NCBI GenBank assembly: GCA_030605695.1
Contig: JAUWHX010000093.1
Location: 6,681-70,680, forward strand
DNA length: 64,000 nucleotides
Source: a bacterium
GTDB taxonomy: Bacteria; Hydrothermota; UBA3073; JACQXS01
Direction of reading: 5' to 3'
The notes below the pieces were generated by a model, which worked only from the letters and a program-made list of their open reading frames with translations, had not been told where the DNA came from and did no database searches. A program made the translations under genes and the position numbers. This document shows, piece by piece, positions 1 to 9,385 of this stretch (the first letter of the stretch is position 1; every line of letters begins with the position of its first letter).

Positions 1-888
1 GTGATGCTTGTAAGTTTCGGGAAATGTTATGGCAAATCTGTATTATGGCCTATCTCTGGATGGCAATCTGACCCAAGGCGTGTTAGTAGGTATAGTTCAC
101 TGGTATCTCTTTTAGAGTCTAATGGTTATACTCTTGATACTACATATGCTATAAATTCCAAGAATCTATTAAATTACGATGTGATAGTTATTTGTTTGTG
201 GTCAGTGAGTGCCCTTACATCTGAGGAAGTAGATTCTCTTGAGAGTTATCAACAGAGTAAGGATGGTTGTGTTTTATTGACCGCGGATTACAATTTCTGT
301 GCTAACGACTGGAAAAAACCAGAAAATATGGATTTTATGCTCAATGTATTTAATTGCGTCTCCCAAAAGGGAGGGATAATTATAATGAGTGACTATCAAT
401 CTTATGCTCCTATACGTCCTGTTACTCAGAGATTTTATATGGATGTAGGGCTTTCTACCATTTCTCCTTCTGATTTATGGTTTGATAGTTTAGATTATTC
501 TTATTGCTTCTTTACCGGTATTGATTCATTATATTTCAGGCAAGCAGGTGAACTATCAGCTACATCACCTGCTAAGGTAATAGGTTGGGCTCCTGATGGT
601 AAACCTACATTAGCTTGTTTTAATTGCGACCATTGTACCGGTGTGAATGAAAAGACTAATTCCACACAAAAGTTGTTAAGAGCTATTCCTAATCCATTTT
701 ATCATTCTGTTAAGATTGAAGGAACTTCGGGTAATATTAGAGTATATGATTTATCTGGCAAACTGGCTACGGAAGCAAATAGTGTATGGAATGGCAAAGA
801 TTTAAATAGCAATGAAGTTTCACCTGGAGTTTATTTCCTGAAAGCTAAAAATTGCAGGGCATTAAAAGTCATAAAATTAGGTAATTAG
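1..888 (+). CDS. Secreted protein with T9SS C-terminal sorting domain, 5' partial at the window edge
   Basis: The ORF runs from the window start. Its C-terminus (IPNPFYHSVKIEG...RVYDLSGKL...WNGKDLNSNEVSPGVYFLKAKN...KVIKLGN) matches the Por/T9SS C-terminal domain consensus. Confidence 0.6.
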   Translation: MMLVSFGKCYGKSVLWPISGWQSDPRRVSRYSSLVSLLESNGYTLDTTYAINSKNLLNYDVIVICLWSVSALTSEEVDSLESYQQSKDGCVLLTADYNFCANDWKKPENMDFMLNVFNCVSQKGGIIIMSDYQSYAPIRPVTQRFYMDVGLSTISPSDLWFDSLDYSYCFFTGIDSLYFRQAGELSATSPAKVIGWAPDGKPTLACFNCDHCTGVNEKTNSTQKLLRAIPNPFYHSVKIEGTSGNIRVYDLSGKLATEANSVWNGKDLNSNEVSPGVYFLKAKNCRALKVIKLGN

Positions 889-960
889 AGAATCGCAGAG
901 GATAAATCTGTGCCGGTGCAATATTAGATTCATTCCTGAAGAGATAACCTCTTTTGATAT

Positions 961-1228
961 AATCCAAAAATTACTCCAGGTGATTTAACTATTCACTCAA
1001 ATGACCTCGATGAACCGACAGTGATAGTGCAGGTCTCTGGTGAAGGGACAATGCTTCGGGTGGAAGGTGATAAAGACAATTGTGGATGGAGCACAGAAAC
1101 CTGGATTTTACAATATTAAATGGGATGCAAAAGATAATTCCGGGAAAAAAGTCTCACCGGGAGTGTACTTTTACGAGCTTGATGCTGGAGATTTCAAAAG
1201 TACAAAGAAACTCATTCTTTTGCAAACG
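961..1228 (+). pseudogene. Degenerate remnant of a T9SS cargo gene 3' end
   Basis: Two different frames encode ...EPTVIVQVSGEG... and the second half of a T9SS C-terminal domain (NIKWDAKDNSGKKVSPGVYFYELDAGDFKSTKKLILLQ). Stops interrupt both frames and no intact first half is present. Confidence 0.35.
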
Positions 1229-1386
1229 AAACATCGTAGAGGGCTACTGCTTTCAGAGAGTCTCTCGCTCGCCCCGCATCTTGCTGGGAAACTTATTCTG
1301 GGTGATTCAGCCGCGAAATAATTTATGGGCATCCCGATTCATCGAGATGCCCATAAACGCAGAGATAATAATCTCTTATCCGAAGA

Positions 1387-1953
1387 TTACCACCTCATAT
1401 ACTCTTTTTCCAGAAGAAGCTTATCTAAATGCTGTTCAATTATTTCAGACTTGTGCTTTTTTCGTTCAATCATAACTTCCTTCAGCTTCTCGATTTCCTT
1501 CTCCAATTTCTTGAGCTCGAATTTCTTGTCTTTCTCCTTCAAATCAAAGAGCTTATTGAGAATACCCTTCAGTCCCTTTTCAATCTCTTTTTTCTTGTTC
1601 TTGGACTCCGTGATTCTGTAATCCTCTGCGAGAGTGTGACTCTTAACCTCTAATCTAAAAATCTTCTCTTTTAATTCGTATCGTTCCGGGTCAATCTCCT
1701 TGAGCATTTCAAATTCGTGCTTCTGGTGAAGAGCAGTTCGCAAAATATGCTTATATTCCATTGGTTTCTCGGCTTTCAATTTTTCCAGTCTCTCAGTTTC
1801 CATATACTGACTCAAAAACTCAATAGCTTCTTCCATCTTTTCTTCTCTCCACTTTCCCTGCCCCCGTCCTTTCTGTGGTGGATGATGAGGTTGTGCCTCT
1901 GCTATCCCATATAGAAAGATAAGACACATCCCTAAAAGTATTTGCTTTTTCAT
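1387..1953 (-). CDS. Hypothetical secreted Lys/Glu-rich coiled-coil protein
   Basis: N-terminal signal peptide (MKKQILLGMCLIFLYGIAEA), followed by a highly charged low-complexity body. No recognisable catalytic motif. Confidence 0.45.
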   Translation of the reverse strand: MKKQILLGMCLIFLYGIAEAQPHHPPQKGRGQGKWREEKMEEAIEFLSQYMETERLEKLKAEKPMEYKHILRTALHQKHEFEMLKEIDPERYELKEKIFRLEVKSHTLAEDYRITESKNKKKEIEKGLKGILNKLFDLKEKDKKFELKKLEKEIEKLKEVMIERKKHKSEIIEQHLDKLLLEKEYMRW

Positions 1954-2023
1954 TTTACACCTCCTTTCATTTATATAACCGATTGACTCATCAATTTATT
2001 GTATAAAATCTTTGTATATTGAA

Positions 2024-4045
2024 TTATTTTAAAAGCAGGAACTTTTTAGTGAGTAAAAGTTCATCTTCTGCCTTTCCAAAGGATTTTGCGAACAGTCTGC
2101 AAAAATATACTCCATCAGAAAAGTTCTTCGTATTCCATATAATCTCGTATTCCCCAACTTTTTTGATTCCTTTATCCAGTGTAGCTACTTCTTGCCCACA
2201 AATGTTATATATAGACAGTTCAACCTTTGCCGATTGTGGAATTGTGTAGTGAATATCAATTACTGAACGAGATAAACTTGGATGAATAGAAAGTGAAGAT
2301 TCCAGATATGGGACATCCTCATTCACTCCCGGCTTGTATGTCAAATAAACTGTATTATCAAATGAAAGACTGTCATTTTCACCAAAGACAGAAGAAAAAT
2401 AATATAGCCGAATTATATAAGTTCCAACATCCAAACCATAGGTTATAAACTTACAGAGTTCCCCATCATCTACGAGTGTTGGAATCCTATCTGTCAATGG
2501 AAAAAACTGTGTGGTATCTTCCACAGGAGCATATTCTATTCTATATCCTTCAAATTCAAAAGGCGAGTCAGGAGTTCTAACAATTGTCGCACTTCCCCAA
2601 ATAGAAAGAGTATCATCAATATATGCAGGAGACGGAGGATATAAACCTGTTACCATTACTGCGGCTGAATCATAAACCAAAATAGGATTGGCGAGGATGG
2701 TATTATATATCACTGATAGTGCTCTATCTCGTGCTATTAAATGTCCGAAAATGAAGTTAGTTAAAAGAAGTATCGATACAGAATGTCCCTCCATAAGTGC
2801 ATCAGTATAAAGAGAAGTGAAGAATGTGATTAAGAAAGATGAGCCTGTTGCTCCAATATGCCCACCAAAACCATCACAGGTGGTTTGCATAAGTGTAGTC
2901 TTGTTAGAATCAGCTGAGAGACACTCCCCAAAAATTGAACTCTTAAGAGTAAGGTTAGTTTCTCCATAAAAATACAAATTCCAAGCACGGATAGATGTAT
3001 TTACGAGTCGCAAGTTTCTTCCTGTAAATGGTGCTATCCAATCATCATAGTGAGAATCATCTACAAGTCCCGATATAGTGTCGGGAATAACAGTTCCCAA
3101 GCTGTCATATCTTGCTACTTCAAAGATATTGCCTGCACTTTGCAAATCAGCATCATATATAGTTATATCGGTACTATCCATTGCCATCGTTGCAAGTATA
3201 AGTCCATAAAGGGAATCTACTTTGATTGAATAGTTGATTCCTGTGCAGGTACTGTCAGGATAGGTAAATCGCTCAACCCATTCGTCCATACTTGGAGAGC
3301 CGTGTAGTTCGCCTGATGACCCTCTTGGGAAACCAAGCCAGATGAGTACAGTATCGGAGTGTGCAATATTGAGTTGTGCTGAATCACTCAGTATAACAAA
3401 CTCGCCTGCTTTATCAGAATGGCGAATATCAATTGAGCTGTTATTACCCAACATAACGAAAGTAACAAAAGCACCATCCATATCCACGCTATCCATCATA
3501 AAAGAACTACTGCCTATAACACCAGCGGAAGTCGGAAAATTAGCAGAATTAAAAGTAGAATTGGTTATCTCCATTGCGGCAGAATCCCAAAGCATAAATC
3601 CAAATTGATAGATGAAATCTTGCAGTATAATAAAATCAGTGTTCTCCACAGATACAAACGAATTATGATATGCGTATATATTACCTTTTAAGAAGAAAGA
3701 GCAATTCCGAATAATAAGCTGTGCATCATTTATTAAGACGATATTATCACAAATAGTAGTATCGTGTTCAATTATCACAGTTGAATCAATAACTATATCA
3801 TCTTTTGTAGATTTCAGTGTAGGGGCGGTTCGCGAACCGCCCCTATAAATAAACCCTATCTGCTCAATGATATTTGAAAGCTCATATGTAGGCATTCTAT
3901 CTGGTGAAAGCTTTTTCTCTGTTTTCGGTGGCTTTAGTCCGTAGGTACGTGGAATAAATCGGTTTATTTCTTGGCGAAGCAAATCCATCTGTCCTGCATT
4001 AGCAATCAACGGCAATAAAATTAAAAGTAACATTATTTTTTTCAT
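2024..4045 (-). CDS. T9SS cargo protein, parallel beta-helix-like, with intact C-terminal sorting domain
   Basis: Signal peptide, repetitive N/S/I-rich beta-helix-like segments, and a C-terminal ...VELSIYNICGQEVATL...GVYFCRLFAKSFGK...KKFLLLK sorting domain. An AGGTAAG-type RBS lies upstream. Confidence 0.65.
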   Translation of the reverse strand: MKKIMLLLILLPLIANAGQMDLLRQEINRFIPRTYGLKPPKTEKKLSPDRMPTYELSNIIEQIGFIYRGGSRTAPTLKSTKDDIVIDSTVIIEHDTTICDNIVLINDAQLIIRNCSFFLKGNIYAYHNSFVSVENTDFIILQDFIYQFGFMLWDSAAMEITNSTFNSANFPTSAGVIGSSSFMMDSVDMDGAFVTFVMLGNNSSIDIRHSDKAGEFVILSDSAQLNIAHSDTVLIWLGFPRGSSGELHGSPSMDEWVERFTYPDSTCTGINYSIKVDSLYGLILATMAMDSTDITIYDADLQSAGNIFEVARYDSLGTVIPDTISGLVDDSHYDDWIAPFTGRNLRLVNTSIRAWNLYFYGETNLTLKSSIFGECLSADSNKTTLMQTTCDGFGGHIGATGSSFLITFFTSLYTDALMEGHSVSILLLTNFIFGHLIARDRALSVIYNTILANPILVYDSAAVMVTGLYPPSPAYIDDTLSIWGSATIVRTPDSPFEFEGYRIEYAPVEDTTQFFPLTDRIPTLVDDGELCKFITYGLDVGTYIIRLYYFSSVFGENDSLSFDNTVYLTYKPGVNEDVPYLESSLSIHPSLSRSVIDIHYTIPQSAKVELSIYNICGQEVATLDKGIKKVGEYEIIWNTKNFSDGVYFCRLFAKSFGKAEDELLLTKKFLLLK

Positions 4046-4180
4046 CTTACCTCCCTTATTACTTCAAAAGTAGCAATTTCTTAGTTTGTGAAAATTTATC
4101 ACCCACTTTTAATTTCACAAAATACATTCCTGACCCTACATTTTCACCCAAATTATTCTTCCCATCCCAAGTAATACAGT

Positions 4181-4211
4181 TAATTAGTTGATTAGTTAAT
4201 TGGTTAATTGG
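4181..4211. repeat. Heptamer-unit tandem tract (TAATTAG/TAATTGG variants)
   Basis: Direct reading gives ttaattagttgattagttaattggttaattgg. On the minus strand this encodes INQLTNQLIN inside the out-of-frame C-terminal-domain continuation of the upstream gene. Confidence 0.7.
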
Positions 4212-4239
4212 AAAAGATTTGACCAATCGACCTCCTAAA

Positions 4240-5772
4240 TCATAAATCTGGAGTTGTAAGTCTTTTAACTCTGAACTCTGAACTCTTAATTTTAAACTCT
4301 ATTACTGTCTTATGGGTGAAAGGATTAGGATAGACAACTAATTTGATTCTCTCAGATAGGTTCTTGGTTTCATTAATTGCCTGTTTCTCATATTCATATA
4401 TTAAAATGGGGTCCCACCCAAGAGTTATAGAGAACCCAATTCCTCCAGATAAAGTATCAGCCCATAAAATATTACTGTAACGGTCTGTAATCATATTTTC
4501 TGCACAAATAGAATCAAAGGAAATATCAAAAGAAAGCAAGATAAAATCTGTTTCAGCCCAAGCAATGTAAAAGGTATCGCCTTCAATATCTTGATATGCA
4601 AAACAAAATCGCATATTATCTCCTCGAGTCTCTGTAATTTCCCCTAAATGCACGGATGGAGAATCTATAAGTGTGGCAAGATTTTTATAAACCCAGTAAG
4701 CAACTCTCGGTTTATTTAATTCAGAGTCCGGTTCAGAGCAACATGCACCATCTCCGATAAGTCCACAACAATTGAAAAAAGAAGTGGAGTCATCACTGAA
4801 GTTTCGCCACTCCACCAAATTATTCCAAAAAAGTTTATCCAATCCATTAGCGAGATTCCAACAATATCTACGCACAAGAGAACTCGCTTGTTCTTCTTGA
4901 GTTTGATATGGACAATCAGCAGGTTGATAACAGTAAGTTGCATGTTCACAAGACCATATCTGAGTATTTACATAATCTAAGTCATCTAAATGCTCACGAT
5001 ACATAGGAATAGCATCCATATGCCAATTAAAAGCTTTACCCCAGTGGTGAACATCAATAGCACCAATAGGAACACCCATAACAGATAGTGTATCTAATGC
5101 ATCCATAATAAATGAGTCAGGGGAGAAGCCTCGAGTGGGAGCGATAAGTACGATTTTAGCTTCTGGGTCGGCAGACCTGGCTGCTGAATCCACAGTTGCT
5201 ACCAATAGGCAATATTCAGAAACAGTCCGTCCACTCTCATTCCAGAGAAAAACTTCATTGCCACATTGCCACCATTTCACATTAACAAAGGTATCAGCGT
5301 CAAGATACCCATCACCATCGTACCGTTCAACTGATGCAGAGACAAATTCTGCATATTCAGGCAAATAATCTACCGGATTTCGTGCACTATCTCCACCCTC
5401 GTGGAAAACCCCTAACCAATTTACAGGTTCCATACATCCAAATGGAGCAGAAATCACAGAATCTCCACCTTGGGAAGCAGACCAATCGTATCCACCACCG
5501 ATTACCGGTTCAATTAAATCCCAGATAAGTTGTGTATTGGACCGCGTCCAGTGAGCACCTAAATAAGTATAATGAGTATCTGCCCACTGAGTGTATTCAT
5601 AATAATTATTAAAGCCCATAACATCACAGAATCCCCCTTTTGGTACGAAGCCAGCGAAAATCCCAAAACGGCTTCCCTCATTGGGCAAGTGAGCAGCGGT
5701 TAATCCTTTACTAATTACCGTTATCAATACAATGATAAACGCTAATGACCCAAATATATGTTTTTTAAACAT
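4240..5772 (-). CDS. Glycoside hydrolase-like T9SS cargo (TIM-barrel type; GNE motif), currently ending before its C-terminal sorting domain
   Basis: Start moved to the Met preceded by a GAAGGGA RBS (MFKKHIFGSLAFIIVL signal peptide). The body has a WWQCGNEVF.. glycosidase-like motif. The ORF stops right after PNPFTHKTVIEFKIKSSEF, which is the first strand of a T9SS C-terminal domain. Confidence 0.55.
   Translation of the reverse strand: MFKKHIFGSLAFIIVLITVISKGLTAAHLPNEGSRFGIFAGFVPKGGFCDVMGFNNYYEYTQWADTHYTYLGAHWTRSNTQLIWDLIEPVIGGGYDWSASQGGDSVISAPFGCMEPVNWLGVFHEGGDSARNPVDYLPEYAEFVSASVERYDGDGYLDADTFVNVKWWQCGNEVFLWNESGRTVSEYCLLVATVDSAARSADPEAKIVLIAPTRGFSPDSFIMDALDTLSVMGVPIGAIDVHHWGKAFNWHMDAIPMYREHLDDLDYVNTQIWSCEHATYCYQPADCPYQTQEEQASSLVRRYCWNLANGLDKLFWNNLVEWRNFSDDSTSFFNCCGLIGDGACCSEPDSELNKPRVAYWVYKNLATLIDSPSVHLGEITETRGDNMRFCFAYQDIEGDTFYIAWAETDFILLSFDISFDSICAENMITDRYSNILWADTLSGGIGFSITLGWDPILIYEYEKQAINETKNLSERIKLVVYPNPFTHKTVIEFKIKSSEFRVKRLTTPDL
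4266..4300. repeat. (AACTCTG)3-like heptanucleotide tract at the frame break of the T9SS glycosidase
   Basis: The tract aactctg aactctg aactctt aatttta aactcta is seen directly. Both reading frames of the minus strand pass through it; see the findings. Confidence 0.8.
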
Positions 5773-5813
5773 CTTTCTTCCCTTCACTACATTAGAGGTG
5801 ATAGTTTGAAGCA

Positions 5814-6371
5814 CTACCAGGTTTGTAACTTTTTTTCTAAATTCTTAATCTTTTCTCTGAGTTCACCTATTCCATTTTCCAGATTAAGAAAAACTTTATC
5901 CGCACCTCCCAAAATTCCTGCCTCTTTATGCAAATTGTAAATGTCATCTTCAATAACTTCTATCTTGCTCTCCATTCCATTATCCCATTCTAAATATGGC
6001 TTAGGCCTTTGAGAGAAGAAATACCCTGCTATTACAAGAATTATCACTACTCCCACACCAACAAATGTTGGAGCGAAGCGGAAACCCCTGCCATAGCGGG
6101 GCAGGACGAAACTTTTGAAAATCTCAACAGATAAAGCTTTCAGTTGGAATTTCTTTCTCTTTGCTCTTTCTAATACTTCCTTTAAAATAGCAGGAGACGG
6201 TTCTTCTTCCGGTAGTTCCTTGTATAAATTCACAGTATCTTCTAATTCTTTAAATTTATGACGACAGACCTCACATCCCTTCAGATGTTTCTCAAACTCC
6301 TGAGTTTCTTGAGTCCCAAGTTCCTTATAAAAATATAACAACCCAAATTTTTCAAACTTATTACAACTCAC
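5814..6371 (-). CDS. Anti-sigma factor, zinc-finger (ZAS-like), single transmembrane helix
   Basis: HLKGCEVC(RH) motif near the N-terminus and a central hydrophobic helix. The gene overlaps the stop of the upstream ECF sigma gene (ATGA-type coupling). Confidence 0.7.
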   Translation of the reverse strand: MSCNKFEKFGLLYFYKELGTQETQEFEKHLKGCEVCRHKFKELEDTVNLYKELPEEEPSPAILKEVLERAKRKKFQLKALSVEIFKSFVLPRYGRGFRFAPTFVGVGVVIILVIAGYFFSQRPKPYLEWDNGMESKIEVIEDDIYNLHKEAGILGGADKVFLNLENGIGELREKIKNLEKKLQTW

Positions 6372-6898
6372 TTTCCCTCCTTTAAAACCCTGCGTAAACT
6401 AATAATAGCATTACGCATTCTCGCAAGCACTGTATTAAGCGGACAGTCAAGCATCTTGGAAATCTCCCTGAAATTAAGTCCTGTATGTTCTCTTAGTAGG
6501 AATATCTCTTTCTGTTTGGCAGGTAACTCCATCACTGCACTATTCAACAAAGAAAGAAGCTCTCTTTTCTCAATATCTTTTTCAACATTTCTGTAGGAAC
6601 GAGATTCAAGCGTGCCCTTAACCTGTAAATTCCGTTTATTTCTTCTCAAATAATCAATGCTTTTAGAATTAGCCAATTTGAATAATAAGCCCGAGAATTT
6701 ATTTTGCTCCTTATACTTTGGCAACAACTTGATAACTCGTATCCACACATCCTGAAAAATATCTTCAGCAACATCTTTACTCCTGACCATTCTTAAAATA
6801 TAATTAAAAAGAGGTAGTTTATATCGGGATAGAAGAACCTCAAATGCCCCCTCATTACCAGCTTTATAATTCTTGATAAGTTCTGCATCGCTCAACAT
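6368..6898 (-). CDS. ECF-family RNA polymerase sigma factor
   Basis: Sigma-70 region 2 (FEVLLSRYKLPLFNYILRMV..DVAEDIFQDVWIRV) and region 4 (LPAKQKEIFLLREHTGLNFREISKML) motifs. Paired with the downstream anti-sigma gene. Confidence 0.85.
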   Translation of the reverse strand: MLSDAELIKNYKAGNEGAFEVLLSRYKLPLFNYILRMVRSKDVAEDIFQDVWIRVIKLLPKYKEQNKFSGLLFKLANSKSIDYLRRNKRNLQVKGTLESRSYRNVEKDIEKRELLSLLNSAVMELPAKQKEIFLLREHTGLNFREISKMLDCPLNTVLARMRNAIISLRRVLKEGK

Positions 6899-6985
6899 CC
6901 TTTTATTTATAAACGTTTCTACTCCTGATTTATTGTATATCTTTTATATTAAACTGCAAACATTTTTCTTGACTTTCAAGGATAA

Positions 6986-8173
6986 TTGCTTATATTTTAT
7001 AATGTGATAGATAGAATTCAAATAGAACGAGAGGCAAGAGCTTATGTGGCTCGAGGAGAATGGGAAAAAGCAATCTCTCTTTATCGTGAACTCCTTGATA
7101 CAAAAGGTAAAGACCCAAATATCTACAATCTTATTGGAGATGTCTATGCAAGAATGGACGATTTAGCTGATGCTCTGCCCGAATATCTCACTGCAATTGA
7201 CCTTTATGAAAAAGAGGGACTATTTGAAAACGGAATAGCAGTTTGCAAAAAAGTAATAAGACTTAACCCTGAAACTGGAGAAGTTTACTTCAACTTAGCA
7301 CTCTTTTATGCTGAGATTGGCTTATTAAATGAGGCAAAAGATTCTTTAATGACATATCTCCGACTTTCTCCCGGCAAACGCAGGATAGAAAAGGACCCTC
7401 AAAGATACAAAAAACTAATGATGTTATTGGCATCCGATGAACGACTAAAACCAATTATTAAAGAGCTTTATACTAAAATAGGCAAAAAAGAAAATGAATT
7501 AGATGGAATATTTGGATTCCTGCCGCCAGAACCTGAAGAAAAACCTCCTGAAGCTGAAATTTCCCATCCAGAAATTAAACTTCAACCTACTGAAAAACCT
7601 TCCATCGAAAAACAAAAGTTACACGAAGAACCAAAATCTTTTACTGAATCACAAAAGCCAATTCCTAAATTAGAACCTGTAGTAGCAGAGACTAAACCTA
7701 CATCTCAATCTAAACCTGAACCATTTCCTCAACCTGTAGCGGTAGATGAAAAAGAAATGGAGATACTTCTACATGCAATAGATGAAATTAGTGCCCATAA
7801 TAGTTCAGAAGTCAAAAAAGAACATTATGAGCTTGGTATTAAATATAAAAATCTTGGATTTTATGATGCGGCTATCAGGGAATTTCAGCTATCTACAACT
7901 TCTAATTCACACAGGCTAAAAGCTCTCAAAGAACTTGGCTATTGTTTTTTAGAGAAAGCTGAACCAAAACTTGCTGCAAACGCTTTTGGAAGAGCAGTTG
8001 AAGAAGGAGGCAAAACATCGGAAGATTATATAGCACTTAAATATGGAACTGGAAAAGCCTATGAATTGATGAGAGACAAAGAAAATGCAATTATCTCATT
8101 TGAAGAAGTCTGCCTTCAAGATATTAACTATCAAGACGCCAAAAAACGCTTAAATCAATTGAAGAAAGAATAA
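6986..8173 (+). CDS. TPR-repeat protein with Pro/Glu/Lys-rich linker
   Basis: N-terminal and C-terminal TPR-like helices (YNLIGDVYARMDDLADALPEYLTAIDLYEK...; HYELGIKYKNLGFYDAAIREFQ) are separated by a PE/PK-rich low-complexity segment. The annotated start is TTG and an in-frame GTG at 7004 is possible. The stop directly abuts the next gene. Confidence 0.6.
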   Translation: MLIFYNVIDRIQIEREARAYVARGEWEKAISLYRELLDTKGKDPNIYNLIGDVYARMDDLADALPEYLTAIDLYEKEGLFENGIAVCKKVIRLNPETGEVYFNLALFYAEIGLLNEAKDSLMTYLRLSPGKRRIEKDPQRYKKLMMLLASDERLKPIIKELYTKIGKKENELDGIFGFLPPEPEEKPPEAEISHPEIKLQPTEKPSIEKQKLHEEPKSFTESQKPIPKLEPVVAETKPTSQSKPEPFPQPVAVDEKEMEILLHAIDEISAHNSSEVKKEHYELGIKYKNLGFYDAAIREFQLSTTSNSHRLKALKELGYCFLEKAEPKLAANAFGRAVEEGGKTSEDYIALKYGTGKAYELMRDKENAIISFEEVCLQDINYQDAKKRLNQLKKE

Positions 8174-9385
8174 ATGGATAATTCTTTTGTAGATACACTT
8201 CTTGAACTCGGAATCCTAACCAAACAACAACTTGAAACCGCTATAACCTATCAATGGGAAAATGGTGGCAAATTAGAAGAAAGTTTAATAAAACTTGACT
8301 ATTTCAATGAAGATACTCTTCTTTTTCTTTTAGAACGTAAATTTGGCTATTACCCTCTTAAGTTAAGTGAAGTAAGAATGGCCCCAGAAGCAACAAAACT
8401 TATTCCCTCTTGGCTTGTAAGACGTTTTCTTATCGTCCCCTTAAGACAATCAAACACAAGTCTTGCTTGTGTAATGATGAACCCTTTGGATAAAGAGGCA
8501 ATGTCCCAACTCAAAAAAGCAGTTTATTATGACATATTATCTTTCATTGCAAAAAAAAGTGATATTGAACAATTTATCTCTGAAAACTATGGGCAAAAGA
8601 TACCAGAAGAAGCAATGGCAGTTCAATCTGAAAGACCAAAATCTGAAATACCAGCTCTTCTTGAAAAATATACTTTTCAGAACTTTGTTACAGGAAAATG
8701 CAATGACCTTGCTTACTCAGTTGCTTTTTCCACTGCCAGAGGTTATTCTGAAGAAACAAATCCGCTGGTGATATATTCTGATGTCGGAATGGGCAAAACT
8801 CATCTTTTGGTTGCTATATGGAATTACATACTTGAACATAGACAACAAAGACAGATTTTTTTCACATCTTCTGAAAAATTTGTAAATGCTCTAAAAGAAG
8901 CATTAGAAACACACAAGTTGACCGAGTTTAAAGAACAATATGATAAAATAGATGTCTTGCTCATAGATGATATTGGACTTATAGCAGGAGATGAAGTAGC
9001 ACAACAACATTTCTTTCATATATTTAATGACCTTCACCAAAATTCTAAACAAATAATAGTTACTTCTGACCGTCCTCCGAAAGAATTTCCAACTCTTTCT
9101 GACCGCCTTAAATCAAGATTTGAAGGAGGACTTATAGCAAAAATAGACCCTCCTGACCTTGAAACACGAACTGCTATCCTGAAGTCTAAAGCAAAAGACC
9201 TAAATATACTTGATGAGCTTATCTCTTTAATTGCTCGTGAGGTAAGTGGCAATGTAAGAGAACTTGAAGGAGTTTTAAAAGAAGTTATCGCATATAAAAA
9301 ATATAAAAAAGAAAAGTTGACAAAAGAAACAGTAGAAGATATACTAATTAGAAGGTCAGTTATTAAGCCATACACTAATGGATAA
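8174..9385 (+). CDS. Fusion protein: GspE/PilB N-terminal (N1E / MshEN-like) domain plus DnaA-family AAA+ ATPase domain, with no DnaA DNA-binding domain
   Basis: Residues about 1-140 match the type II secretion ATPase N-terminal fold: (L/V)xxLGILTKQQLETAITYQ and LVRRFLIVPL....LACVMMNPLDKEAMSQLKKA. Residues about 165-400 carry DnaA domain-III signatures: NPLVIYSDVGMGKTHLL, DVLLIDDIGLIAGDEVAQQHFFHIFNDL, QIIVTSDRPPKE, LSDRLKSRFEGGLIAKIDPPDLETRTAILKSKA. The protein ends without a domain-IV HTH. Confidence 0.8.
   Translation: MDNSFVDTLLELGILTKQQLETAITYQWENGGKLEESLIKLDYFNEDTLLFLLERKFGYYPLKLSEVRMAPEATKLIPSWLVRRFLIVPLRQSNTSLACVMMNPLDKEAMSQLKKAVYYDILSFIAKKSDIEQFISENYGQKIPEEAMAVQSERPKSEIPALLEKYTFQNFVTGKCNDLAYSVAFSTARGYSEETNPLVIYSDVGMGKTHLLVAIWNYILEHRQQRQIFFTSSEKFVNALKEALETHKLTEFKEQYDKIDVLLIDDIGLIAGDEVAQQHFFHIFNDLHQNSKQIIVTSDRPPKEFPTLSDRLKSRFEGGLIAKIDPPDLETRTAILKSKAKDLNILDELISLIAREVSGNVRELEGVLKEVIAYKKYKKEKLTKETVEDILIRRSVIKPYTNG

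Noticed and set aside
3342-3608. Numerous 60-120-aa ORFs on the strand opposite to long genes (for example 3342-3608, 9034-9390, 13188-13442, 22963-23226, 49669-50037)
   Set aside because: They lie entirely inside well-supported genes on the other strand, are low-complexity, and lack RBS or coupling signals. They are shadow ORFs.
8174-9385. Chromosomal replication initiator DnaA (and hence the origin region)
   Set aside because: There is no DnaA domain I/II and no C-terminal DNA-binding domain IV. The only DnaA-box-like 9-mer nearby (tgtggatag at 51098) is isolated inside a dispersed repeat.
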